Below are positions 1-10,864 of a stretch of 64,000 nt of DNA, piece after piece. Numbering within the stretch: the first letter of the stretch is position 1; each line of letters begins with the position of its first letter. A program made the translations under genes and the position numbers. The notes beneath the pieces were generated by a model, which saw only the letters and a list, made by a program, of their open reading frames with translations, was not told the DNA's origin and made no database searches. Origin of the DNA: Octopus vulgaris (Eukaryota); assembly GCA_951406725.2 (NCBI GenBank), contig OX597825.1:22320001-22384000 (forward strand). The letters run 5' to 3'.

Positions 1-87
1 GGCGTTATCTTGGGGTTAAACTAGCACTAATGTCGGTTCCTAGGGAACTCCTTTGTTAAGGTGGTGATAGACATTACATACATACAT

Positions 88-144
<57 letters not shown>

Positions 145-228
145 ATATTAATTAGAGACAAAACCACTATTTTGCAAAACAAACAAGGAAAGACTTAATC
201 AATACATAAAATTTTAATAAAAAAACCG

Positions 229-271
229 CCACTACAATTGTTTCATGTCTTGATCGACAATCTTCAGGTGG
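229..271 (-). ncRNA. Minimal type I hammerhead ribozyme (mirror copy)
   Basis: Exact reverse complement of the motif at 340-382. Confidence 0.75.
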
Positions 272-339
272 ATTTCCGATTTTCAAGTCAGTTTCAAATT
301 ATGACTTCATAATTTGAAACTGACTTGAAAATCGGAAAT

Positions 340-382
340 CCACCTGAAGATTGTCGATCAAGACATGAAACAATTGTAGTGG
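340..382 (+). ncRNA. Minimal type I hammerhead ribozyme
   Basis: ccac-CTGAAGA-t-tgtc(gatcaa)gaca-t-GAAA-caattg-TA-gtgg. Stem I ccac/gtgg, intact core, stem II tgtc/gaca, palindromic stem III acaattgt, GUA cleavage triplet. Confidence 0.8.
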
Positions 383-556
383 CGGTTTTTTTACTTTTTA
401 TTAAAATTTTATGTATTGATTAAGTCTTTCCTTGTTTGTTTTGCAAAATAGTGGTTTTGTCTCTAATTAATATTATATAATATTTTACTATAAAATTGGA
501 TTTAATCCTAAATCTGATTTTTTTCCCTGTAAATTTGGATTTATTCCCTAATATTT

Positions 557-608
557 ATTATATATATATATATATATATGTATATATCTGTGAGTGTGTG
601 TGTGTATC

Positions 609-664
<56 letters not shown>

Positions 665-768
665 TATACATACATACATACATACACGCACATATACATA
701 CACACACGCACATATATATTATATAGAGAGACACACAGAGAAAAAGAGATAGAGAGAAATAGAGATAA

Positions 769-804
<36 letters not shown>

Positions 805-825
805 GAAGAAAGAAAGAAAGAAAGA
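557..825. repeat. Compound microsatellite (TA)n/(TG)n/(CATA)n/(GATA)n/(GAAA)n
   Basis: Directly visible. Confidence 0.95.
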
Positions 826-1377
826 GTAGTAAGCAAGATATGAATATGCACGTATAGGATCGTCTCCCAAAGGACTTCTACCGCCCTCTCCCTCATTACA
901 ATGCTAATCTTCAATGACTTTCGGTGGGATTTACCCCGCCAGTCTCCCTTCTCTAGTGAATGTCCTAATACAGTAGTCCAGATTGAGTAAGGAACTCATT
1001 GTAGAAATCTTATGCTGGTCGTCGCATAATCTATGTTCCTATCCATGAAACGAACTGCCTTCCATATATTACGATGCCCTCATGCAAAACGAATCTGGTA
1101 ATGGCGTGCTCAATTTACTTGATTCTGATTGGCTTTGGGCCACGTTTGAAAGATGCATCGGAATGGGACAAGGCATTATGTTTCCGTCCATAGAATCTGT
1201 AACAGAAACTCGTGACGTCGCATAAAGGGTATCATATGTAGACAGGTCGTCTATGGCGTCTGGTAGCTAAATTCTGTTCGGAAATAGTCTACGGTCTTGC
1301 ATACATACATACTGTCACACATCCACCCACAAAGCACACATTCATACACACACGCACGGTTACGCACAAAAATACAC

Positions 1378-1419
<42 letters not shown>

Positions 1420-1690
1420 ACACCTGGCAAATCAAATACCAAGGAACAACAACAAAATCCCAAGGGAGGATAACGGTGCAAAATTCTCACGATGGATCTC
1501 AAAGAAAAAGTTAGACAATTAAAGTATAAAGTTTCGGACATATTCCTTCCTTGGATACGAAAGGAAATTCCAGGAGTGTCGAGGAAAGGAGGAAAATGAG
1601 AGAGAGCAGAGCGAGAAATATCACTCTTGGGTAGTAAGTTTAATGGGGTAGAGCTGTGACTTGTGATTTCAACCATGTACATATATATAT

Positions 1691-1884
1691 AAGTATAGAG
1701 TTAATCCAAACAGAGCAAAGGGAAAACACAACAATGCGAGGACGTATTGGACGCTCAGGAAAGGAAATAAAGAAGAAGGATTTAGAGTTTCGAGCGTAGC
1801 ACTTCGTCAGACACATAGAATAAGGAAAAAATCAAAGGAAGGGAAGACGGAGGAAAAAATCGCCAACGATACACGCGCGAGCAC
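1691..1884 (-). mobile_element. Short TA-flanked interspersed element with a degenerate hammerhead core (Penelope-like pLTR fragment)
   Basis: Minus strand 1810->1782 reads CTGACGA-agtgc-tac-gctc-GAAA-ctc-TA. (TA)n lies on both sides. Confidence 0.5.
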
Positions 1885-1894
1885 ATATATATAA

Positions 1895-2124
1895 GGTGGC
1901 GAGCTGGCAGAAACGTTAGCACGCCGGGCGAAATGCGTTGCCGTATTTCGTCTGCCGTTACGTTCCGAGTTCAAATTCCGCCGAGGTCGACTTTGCCTTT
2001 CATCCTTCCGGGGTCGATAAATTAAGTACCAGTTACGCACTGGGGTCGATGTAATCGACTTAATCCGTTTGTCTATCCGTGTTTGTCTCCTCTGTGTTTA
2101 GCCCCTTGTGGGTAGTAAAGAAAT
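1895..2124 (+). mobile_element. SINE family A (tRNA-like head; gcctttcatcc..ggggtcgataaa..gtaccag core resembling the Meta-SINE domain)
   Basis: A-box-like tggcagaaacgttag and B-box-like gagttcaaattcc. More than 10 homologous copies in the window. Confidence 0.9.
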
Positions 2125-2865
2125 GTATATGTATGTATGTATTATGTATGTATGCATATATTTGTGTACATAAATGCACGCATGCAAACATATGTACATT
2201 CATATACTTATGTGTGCGTGTGCACGTTTGTAGGTCTATTTGTATATAGAAATTTTTGCATTAAATAGTATTTCAATTGCCTCATCATGTCCATAAGATG
2301 TAGAATGAAGTGAACAGTAATGTTCTAACATGCCTAAAAGGCAATCTTTCGACTGGATTATCAGTGTCCTTATCAGAATTGCTCTCTTCTTATTTCCATG
2401 TAGCTACTTCCAATTTTGCTTTATTATTATCGACTTTTACTTCGAGTTCACTTATTTCGTAGCACCTAACACAAACTACGTAATGAAGCTCATGTATTTT
2501 GACTCCCTCTATATATATATATATATCCATTTATATTTTACATGTGATGAGAAAGCCTTCAATTACAGCATACAAATCAAATTGCTGCTTGAGCTGGCTT
2601 CCTGCATAATAAACTGGTAGCAATCAATATAAAATGTAGATTAATTCTTTCCTCCAATATAACGGTTGAAACAAGATCTATGAAGAAAATTAAAACTGAA
2701 ATTAACTCGCAAATTCCCTATTACACTAGAGTTGCATTCGTAAGGAACTATTTAGTAGGATCGTTAACCAGAAGATACAATACATATACAGAGAGAGAGA
2801 AAGAAAGAGAGAGATACAGATACATACACACACATGCATGCATATATATACATACATACATATAG

Positions 2866-3232
2866 AGTGCAAAAGTGGCTGTGTGGTAAGGTGGTAAGAA
2901 GCTTGCATCCCAACCATATGAGTCCGGGTTTAGTCCTACTGCGTGGCACCTTGGGCGAGTGCTTTCTACTAAAATCTCGGTAAGGCTTGTGAATGGATTT
3001 GGTAAACGGAAACTGAAAGAAGCCCGTCATATATATACATATAACATATGTGTGTATGTCTGTATTTGTGTGTCTGTGTTTGCCCCCCTCCCACCGTCGC
3101 TTGACAACCGATGCTAGTGTGTTTACGTCCTCGTAACTGAGAGGTTCGGCAAAAAAGGCCGATCGTATAAGTAATAGGCAGTGCTTCAGCATGGCTGCAG
3201 TCAAATAACTGAAACAGGTAAAAGAATAAAAG
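2866..3232 (+). mobile_element. SINE family B (tRNA-like head, internal (TA)/(TG) microsatellite, (gtaaaaga)n tail)
   Basis: gtggctgtgtggtaag head, ggcaccttgggc core, actgaaacaggtaaaaga tail. Multiple copies. Confidence 0.85.
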
Positions 3233-4410
3233 ATTACATCTGTGTTTGCTTCCGCTGCATGCGTTCATTTATAGACATATGTTTCTGAATACCTCGACTG
3301 CTTGGCTTGCAAACCTCTTGTTCTCTAAAAGCTATTTCTTGAAGGAGAGGAATGGCTGATATTGAGGCTTTAAGCTCTACAGGAAGAAAAGTCTGAAATT
3401 TGTAATTTGTCACATAAATCTTTGTTATCTCATAAACATAGAGTTCATATATTCCAGTAATTCAAACAGCAAAATAAATATGATTTTACATTATTATGTA
3501 TTATTCTAATGCAATAAAATTATTGATTATATACCCGACTCTTTGATAACCTGGATGTTTATGATATAGAACAGCCAATTTGGATCCGGTTCATTCTTTT
3601 TTTAAACACTCTAGATTCTTATAAATCTTTATAGATGTTACATAAATCATAGACGTTTCTATCACTTTTCTATGAGAAAGATAGAAGAAATTATTTTGAT
3701 CAGGTCCATATTCTCGATCGGAATTCATTACAGTTGTTTCAACAAACCGTTCCAGGTATTACAGTTCTAGATCTGAGTAAATACTAAACATCCACTTAAA
3801 ACAATGATTCCTGAAATACCGTGCAGAGAACATCATATTCACTGTCACTCATCATTCTAAAACTATTGTAACTCTACACCTAAAATCACCTAAGAAAGTA
3901 ACAGTTTTAAAATAGCAATTAACTAGTCAAGCGTTCCTGATTTTAACAATAATAACAGATTTAACTATCGTACAAAAATAGAAGCTCTAAAAAGAATTTC
4001 AATTTTGAATTTTTATACAATCTTAAATTTATTCTAATTTACAATTGAAAAAAATATGAAAAAAATATTGATAGTAAGCTATGGATTAAAGTTTTTATTA
4101 TCTAGAATTGCAAATTTATCTTTCCAAATAAATTACTACATCTGTAACCTAAGATTACGGTGAAGACACAATGCTGCAATAAGGACCCCTTCGCTATTTG
4201 GATGCAGTAACATCAGTCGTAAATTGTATGGATTTGTATATGTTGAACAATCCAGGACCCACTTCTTGGCACGCGCATTTCTCTCTCTCTCTCTCTATCT
4301 CTCTCTATATCTCTCTCACACACACACACACACACAAATACACACACATACACACACTCTCAAACCCGCAAATAATAAATACCGCTAATTGCTTGGACTT
4401 GTATTTCGTT

Positions 4411-4806
4411 GGATCTTTTCGTATACTGGTAGAATATGTTTATAAAACATATTTTTCTCTTGGCTTTATTTAGAACATTTTATAGTTTGTAAGATATTTG
4501 GGGTTTTTTCCTCAATTTCTGCACTTTCAACCAATCAATGACGTTTATTGAGGTGAAAACATTCTGTGACGTATGAATATGTCCCTCGTTTAAGAAACAG
4601 ATTAGGTTTATTTACATTTCTGAAGAAAAAAAGATACCCTTCCCCCCACCTCTAACTCTAACCCTAAGTAACCCTAACTAACCCTAACTCTAGCCCTAAC
4701 CCCAAAACAGATTGAAATGCAATAGATCGATACTAGGGTCATAATTATGGGTGACAATTTCATATGACACCGCTAGAAAAAACTGCCGTTGAAACCGAAA
4801 AGATCC
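4411..4806. mobile_element. MITE with 11-bp TIR (ggatcttttcg/cgaaaagatcc) and 8-bp TSD atttcgtt; Merlin-like
   Basis: TSD at 4403-4410 and 4807-4814. GG...CC termini. Internal (taaccc)n-like array at ~4652-4702. Confidence 0.8.
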
Positions 4807-6528
4807 ATTTCGTTTTGCAATATGGACTTACTTTAATTCTTAGGAATTAAATGCGACGTCCTGTCGGTTTAATTTGTAATTAATTATTCGTAAACGGAAA
4901 TAAGACGTCTGCTAAGTTGGAAGGTAAATTTCAAAATTCCTATACATATTTCAGATACTGCTAAACTTTTAGTGATTTAGAATAATTCAGAAATCTTCGA
5001 AAGTAAAAACACGATATTTCAAACAAAGCACATTCATTAAAAAAAAAATACTTCAGAATATTATATGAAACCTTACAAATGATTACAAAAGCTGAAAATT
5101 ATGCATGACTGGTAAAGTCGGAAGTTATTTATCGGAAGACTTAGGAAAATTCAAATCAAATCGTATCGAGTTTAAAAGAATTACAGAAATTATATTTAAC
5201 CATTTTGTGTAACATATAGAAATAATTAAATGATGAAAGGTATTGAAAGATTTAAACGAGTCAGTTAAACAAATCGAACAGCTTTGTAAAAGATAGCCAA
5301 TGTGTCCAGAAATTTTATTGGTATGAAAACCTTGCTATCGGGGTCTTTTTGTTTTGCCAATCAAAAATAGGCGTGCAGAAATAGACCATTTTATGAAGAC
5401 AATTTTGACTGGAATCGTTGTGTTACTTGATGTATCCATATTGAAGTAGCAATGAAGAAAACTCGTAGATTTCTCAGCTACATCTAAATCTCAAATCAGT
5501 ACCTTTACTAAACACACTATTTCTTTATTACCCACAAGGGGCGAACGAAGAGGGGGACATTACAAGACATGGGGACATAGAACATTACAATTAAATTTAT
5601 GAAGGATGAATTGTTACATGAAAAAATGATAATATGAAAGCGATGCTAAAGGCCCCATCCGTTAGCATCACTTACCTGTCCTTTGGTTTTCACCGTCACT
5701 TGAATGTTCTTTCCCAATACGAATACATTCCATATCCATTCTTACTCCGAAATACTCATCCATATTATCCACGAATTCATCGCTCATTCTTAACCTTTAC
5801 TAAACACACACACACACACACACTGCATGCCTCATTTAGGGATTATTAGTTGACAAAACAGAAAAACCAAAGCAGTGTATGATAATAAAAGATGCAGCTA
5901 AAATTACCATTTCGTTAAAAGCAAATATTGCATTTTTGTAAATCTCGGACAGAAAATCGAACTTGAACCTTAATGTATAAAATCTTTTAGTGGCTGTCAA
6001 AGGGACGAGTTCTGTTTAACTGAATCGATTAAAAAAAGAAATAACAAAATTATTTATTTAAAAATTCTCAACCTAGCAGAATTCTTTAATTATGACAAGT
6101 GACTTGCAAATCTATCTATTTTTTAGACATATTTGACAAGTTTGATTAATTTAACGTCTTAGCAATGTGAGAGTAAATATTTATCAATCTGAAGCGTAAA
6201 ATTGAAACGTTGATGAATAAAATCAACAAGTGGAAATGTGCTGCACTAATTGATAAAGTTGAGGTGTATCCATTTACTTATACCTTTTTCTATGAAAATA
6301 GTTTGAATGTTAATTCGTTTAGCACACAGTAGTCGAGAATTTACGCGTGTATGGAAAAAGGAATGACTGAAAATATTTATTTCTATGGACAATTCTAAAT
6401 TAAATTGCGTCCAAATATCATTCGCAGACTATCTAGTGTAACTAACAAAGTGATTTAAGTGTCTAACAAATTTTCAGTGCTTTATTCGTATTTTCCAATA
6501 AATATAATTAAAATTTTTTTTTTCTTTA

Positions 6529-6826
6529 TGCGCCCTTTTCAAACCTAGCCAGGTTCATGGGCCCAGTTTCCCTGTTTCTGCGGTGTATATGTTCGCCCCA
6601 GCTGGACGGGACGCCAGTCCATCGCAGCGTTACCCAAGAAACAGGAAGAAAGAGTGAGAAAAAGTTGGGATGAAGTACAACAGGGGTCACCACCATCCCC
6701 TGCCAGAGCCTCTTGGAGCTTTAGGTGTTTTGGATTAAAAAAAACCACACACAACGCCCGGTCTGTGAATCGAAACCGCGATCCTCCGACTCAGATGCCC
6801 TAACTACTGGGCCATTGCGCCTCCAC
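6529..6826 (-). mobile_element. SINE family C (gtggaggcgc tRNA-like head; ctgcgatggactggcgtcccgtccag V-SINE-like domain)
   Basis: Homologous to the copies at 31148, 33786, 34607, 34918 and 50177. Confidence 0.85.
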
Positions 6827-8884
6827 AAATATAAATTTAGAATATATAATATTATCTGAATTAACATTGATACCTTTGAACTCAGAACGTAACGGCAGAC
6901 GAAACACCGCCTGGCGTGCTAACGTTTCTACCAGCTCACCGTCTTTATTGATAGTTAATTTCTATGAAGCTGTTTCTTTTTTTTATTTTTCATTTTTAAT
7001 CGTTTGACTATATTAACATGGCAATGCTTCAAAAAAACATTTTCTTCTGCTATAGGAAAAAGTATTGGAGTAGGGGTCAGTCGAAGTTAGGGGTCAACTG
7101 GCACTTATTTTATTAACCACGAAATTAACTATAAATACAATTGGTTATCACTTACATGTTGCAAATAATGGGAATGTATATGGTAATAATATGATATGAA
7201 TTATCTTTTTTTTTTTAATATGAAACATTCAAAACCCAAAAGGTAAGCTTAATTTCTAAGGAATGTGTTGCTAAAAATCGTCTAAAATGGAACATTTGAA
7301 ATTGTTTGCCTTATATTCGTTTTATATAGAGAGATCTTCTCTCAAATCAGGATCTGCGATCCACTAGTTCTCGTCTCCCTTTCCTAACTTGGCAGAGTTT
7401 GAACTCAGAACGTAGACGCCGGATTAAATGCCGTTAAGCTTTTCACTTGACATGTTAATGATTTTACCAGCTTTCACAATAAATCATTTTATTTAAACTT
7501 TCAGATTAATTGAGTGTCGAAGGAATTCGCTGTTTGATGCTAAACGTATTCTTACGAGTGTTGAAACTAATTAATTAAAAGCAGTAAATGCTAAAAAATC
7601 AGACAGATGTGTCCATCCATGCCTCCGCAAATTCTATGTTGCTTGAACATTTTGCAAATTACTTGTTTTAGAAAGATTTTTTTTTTTTCACTTGTGAAGT
7701 AAACCACATCAACAGAAATGTAATTTAAGTCTCATGGCACAATTTGCTGCGAAAGGCATAGTGTCATGCTTAATGAAGCGATGCAAAGTGCAAGAAAAAG
7801 ATAAGATCTTTTGTGGAATAATGATTACCAAGTTATCTACGCAAGGAATGTCTGATGCTGTTTAATACAATTCATTTCCCCTTATTCGAGATTGCTAAAG
7901 AAAACAAGCATTTAAACCTCATAGCGAGTAATTTATCTCGTTTAGGCATCGTTATATAAATGGAATGTGTCTCCTCTTCCATGTTTGTATTTCGCCTCTC
8001 GAAGCTAAAATCAACCGATCTGAAATGACAAGAAAATTATCAGCTTTCATACGAAAAGAAAACATAGCGTGTGTTTTTTTTCTTCCCCAAACACTAGATA
8101 TATCATAAATATTTGTGTTAGATATCGATTCTAAAACAAATTAGGGAAACGCATACACTACACTTAAAGTGCCATGAGATTTTGATTTAAGGTAGAATAA
8201 CAACCAGTTACTGATAATTCTCGGTTATTTGTTACAATGCGTAATATATTTTGAGCAAAACTGATATCTATTATCTATTATTAAATATTTCCTTTCAATG
8301 CAATATAATTCTCAGTTAAATAAATCTAAGTGCAGCGTATAGTTATACGATTCATCAGGAAAGGTGACAATATTTCAATACTAAATCCTACGCCAAATCT
8401 ATGCAACACATTTTGCTATAGCGTTTCAGCTTCCAATCAATACATAACTACAAGAAATAGAACATTACTATCTATGACAGGGCAGGCCAGTATTCTATCT
8501 ATTCAATCTGTCTGAAATTAACAGCAAATGGAGTTCGTTTAACAATATATGTTTTAGTAATATTCTTATTCATCTGGCCCTATAGAATGTGAAATCTTCA
8601 TCGACGTGATTTCTAACCTAAATTCAGTGGGAGAAAATTAAATTCCAGAAGTTATTTAAAGTGATACAAGAAATATGAAAGCCTTCACTGTTGAAGATTA
8701 TTGCTTAAGCAATGAAATACAATCGTCGTATACAGACAGCGAGGTTTGTGAATTTTCTCAAAACAAAACGATATCAGAAACAAATAGCCTATCAATCGTG
8801 TCCGGCACACGGCATTTGTCGATTGAAAGCCGGATGGTTAATATTGGTTTTAAATTTTAATACAAGTTCAGCAACTTCGCTGAA

Positions 8885-9515
8885 GCTCGTTAATTTGTAT
8901 TCCGTTGAAAATTAATTATGTTCATTATTTGCGATTAATATACTGAGAGTCAGTTGACATCACTGTAGGGCGTCTAATTTAGGTTACTTAATTATGGTCT
9001 AAACAACAGTGTACATATTAAAAATATCTACTCCATTTAAATATTTATGTTTTCGAAGCAAGTTCATACATACGCCGGGTCTCAACTTCAATTTTCCGGC
9101 TAGACTACATCTGCTATATATACTGTAAATTCTCTGTCATTTGCAAATCGATAAGAAATAACCGATTGTACAAGCTTTTCGTACAGGGCCACCAATTTTG
9201 TGAGGGGGTGAGTCGATTTCATCGACACCAATGAAGAGTTAATATTGGTTTCGGACTTTGGTAAAGGATCAGCGAAATCAGAAGGGAATAAATCGATGAT
9301 GTTGATCCGAGTGAAGCATAACTATATCTGAATGAAGTTCCCTTGAATAGATAAATATTAAAATGGAATTGATATTCTTAAGATGTGCACTGTGAGAATC
9401 CGAGACGTTGACTAAATAACTTAAATTAGGCGCTATACACTGATGTCAACTGCCTCTCGGCCTATAAATTACGTAATTATGAGCAGATTTTCAACGGATA
9501 AAAAATCTACGAATT
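8885..9515. mobile_element. Old foldback/MITE-like element with diverged ~160-bp inverted arms
   Basis: cagttgacatca (~8951) vs tgatgtcaactg (~9441), tccgttgaaaat vs attttcaacgga, and tccatttaaatatttat vs ataaatattaaaatgga. Confidence 0.6.
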
Positions 9516-10309
9516 TCAAAAACTAGTACGATCCATTGAATAAAAAGTAATTGATATAATTTTACCAAACGTAATAGAAAGAAATGTCCACCGGATTTCA
9601 ACTACAAAAAAACACTGAGTTTTATTTTGGCGGTTTGCAGTATTTTAGTTCAAGATTTGTACCAGAAGACCAAAATATTCTCAAGCATTTTTAGGATTGT
9701 GTGTAAAAAAAAATCAAGCATATATTATTAACGTAAACTCTCTGAAGTCAAGAGAATAGAATTTATAAACATGAAATTGAAAATATTTTCGGCGTAAGGA
9801 AGAATAGCAAATACAGAAACAAATTACACTGAACAGAAGGAAATTAGAAGCTGCTGCACGTTTTTTGCAAACCGTAATAGCACAGCTCAAAAGAAGGATT
9901 TTTACACATACATGCATACATATATATATATATATATACGTGTGTGTATACATATGTATATATGTATGCATGTAACTATGTGTGTGCGTGCGTACCTTCA
10001 TTGCAAAATTGCTATTTTGAATGAGAGAGTGCATAACACAATCTGTTTTATACTGCTCTCGGACATATATATATATATATATATGTGCGTATGTATGTAT
10101 ATAAATATGTATATGTGAGTGTTTGTGTGTGTGTACGTATATGTGTATGTGTATGGAGCCCTCTACCACACGCTCCCCGCTCAATTCAGCATCACAACAC
10201 ATAACGACCTTATAATACAATTACTTTTCATCAAACGCTCTTACTCTATTTAGTATTACCATAAAAGTGAATTGAAGAGGAAGAAATATCCCACTCCCTT
10301 TACAATGTC

Positions 10310-10475
10310 TCTGATTGTTCCCCCCAAATCGCTTGACAACCGTTGCTGGTGTGTTTACGTCCCCGTAACTTAGCGTATCGGCAAAAGAGACCGATAGAAT
10401 AAGTTCTAGGCTTAAAAAGAATAAGTCCTCGACTAAAAACGATGCTCCAGCATGGCCACAGTCAACTTGAAACAA
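10310..10475 (+). mobile_element. SINE family B, 3' half
   Basis: gcttgacaaccg...ccgatagaataag...gctccagcatggcc matches other copies. Confidence 0.8.
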
Positions 10476-10864
10476 ATCTGGTTCCTTACTACTTTTCACT
10501 AACTACTTCTCCCCTCATTTTTCTTTAGCAGTGCTGTATCTCCATAACCATTAATTGTCTTGTCCCAAATATCACTTCACTACTTTATATCTTCTTCCGC
10601 AATAAGCTTCCTATCTTCAATAATTTCTCCTATTTATTTGAAAACAAAACTCCTTTGCTCTGCTCGAAACAATCTCATTGTTAATACTGATCTATTCATT
10701 TTCTTGATATCTATTCATTTATTTATCAATCGCAATGTCATTCATTCATTCATTCATTCATTATTATTTATCTTTTTTATCTCAGATTTTGTTCTGTACC
10801 ATGCATAGCGGACGACCTGGCTGCAGCCTACGGTACCCATGCTATATGTTCTTTTCAACTAATA

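Larger units (their letters stand above)
145..560. mobile_element. Foldback element (near-perfect inverted repeat 145-304 / 307-473 plus ~90-bp tail), Penelope-like pLTR derivative between (TA)n tracts
   Basis: Left arm atattaattagagac...caaattatga is the reverse complement of tcataatttg...gtctctaattaatat. The spacer is 2 nt and there is one small indel. (TA)n lies on both sides and each arm contains a hammerhead motif. Confidence 0.8.

Noticed and set aside
1895-1985. tRNA genes at SINE heads
   Set aside because: Only A/B-box-like remnants followed by SINE bodies, with no full cloverleaf.
1807-2040. Recurring ORFs such as RNWYLIYRPRKDERQSRPRRNLNSE and MPRSGTEPGTMWLVSKLL
   Set aside because: They are reading frames through non-coding SINE copies and recur wherever the SINE does.
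4652-4702. True telomere or chromosome fusion site
   Set aside because: A short degenerate array internal to a TIR/TSD-bounded element.
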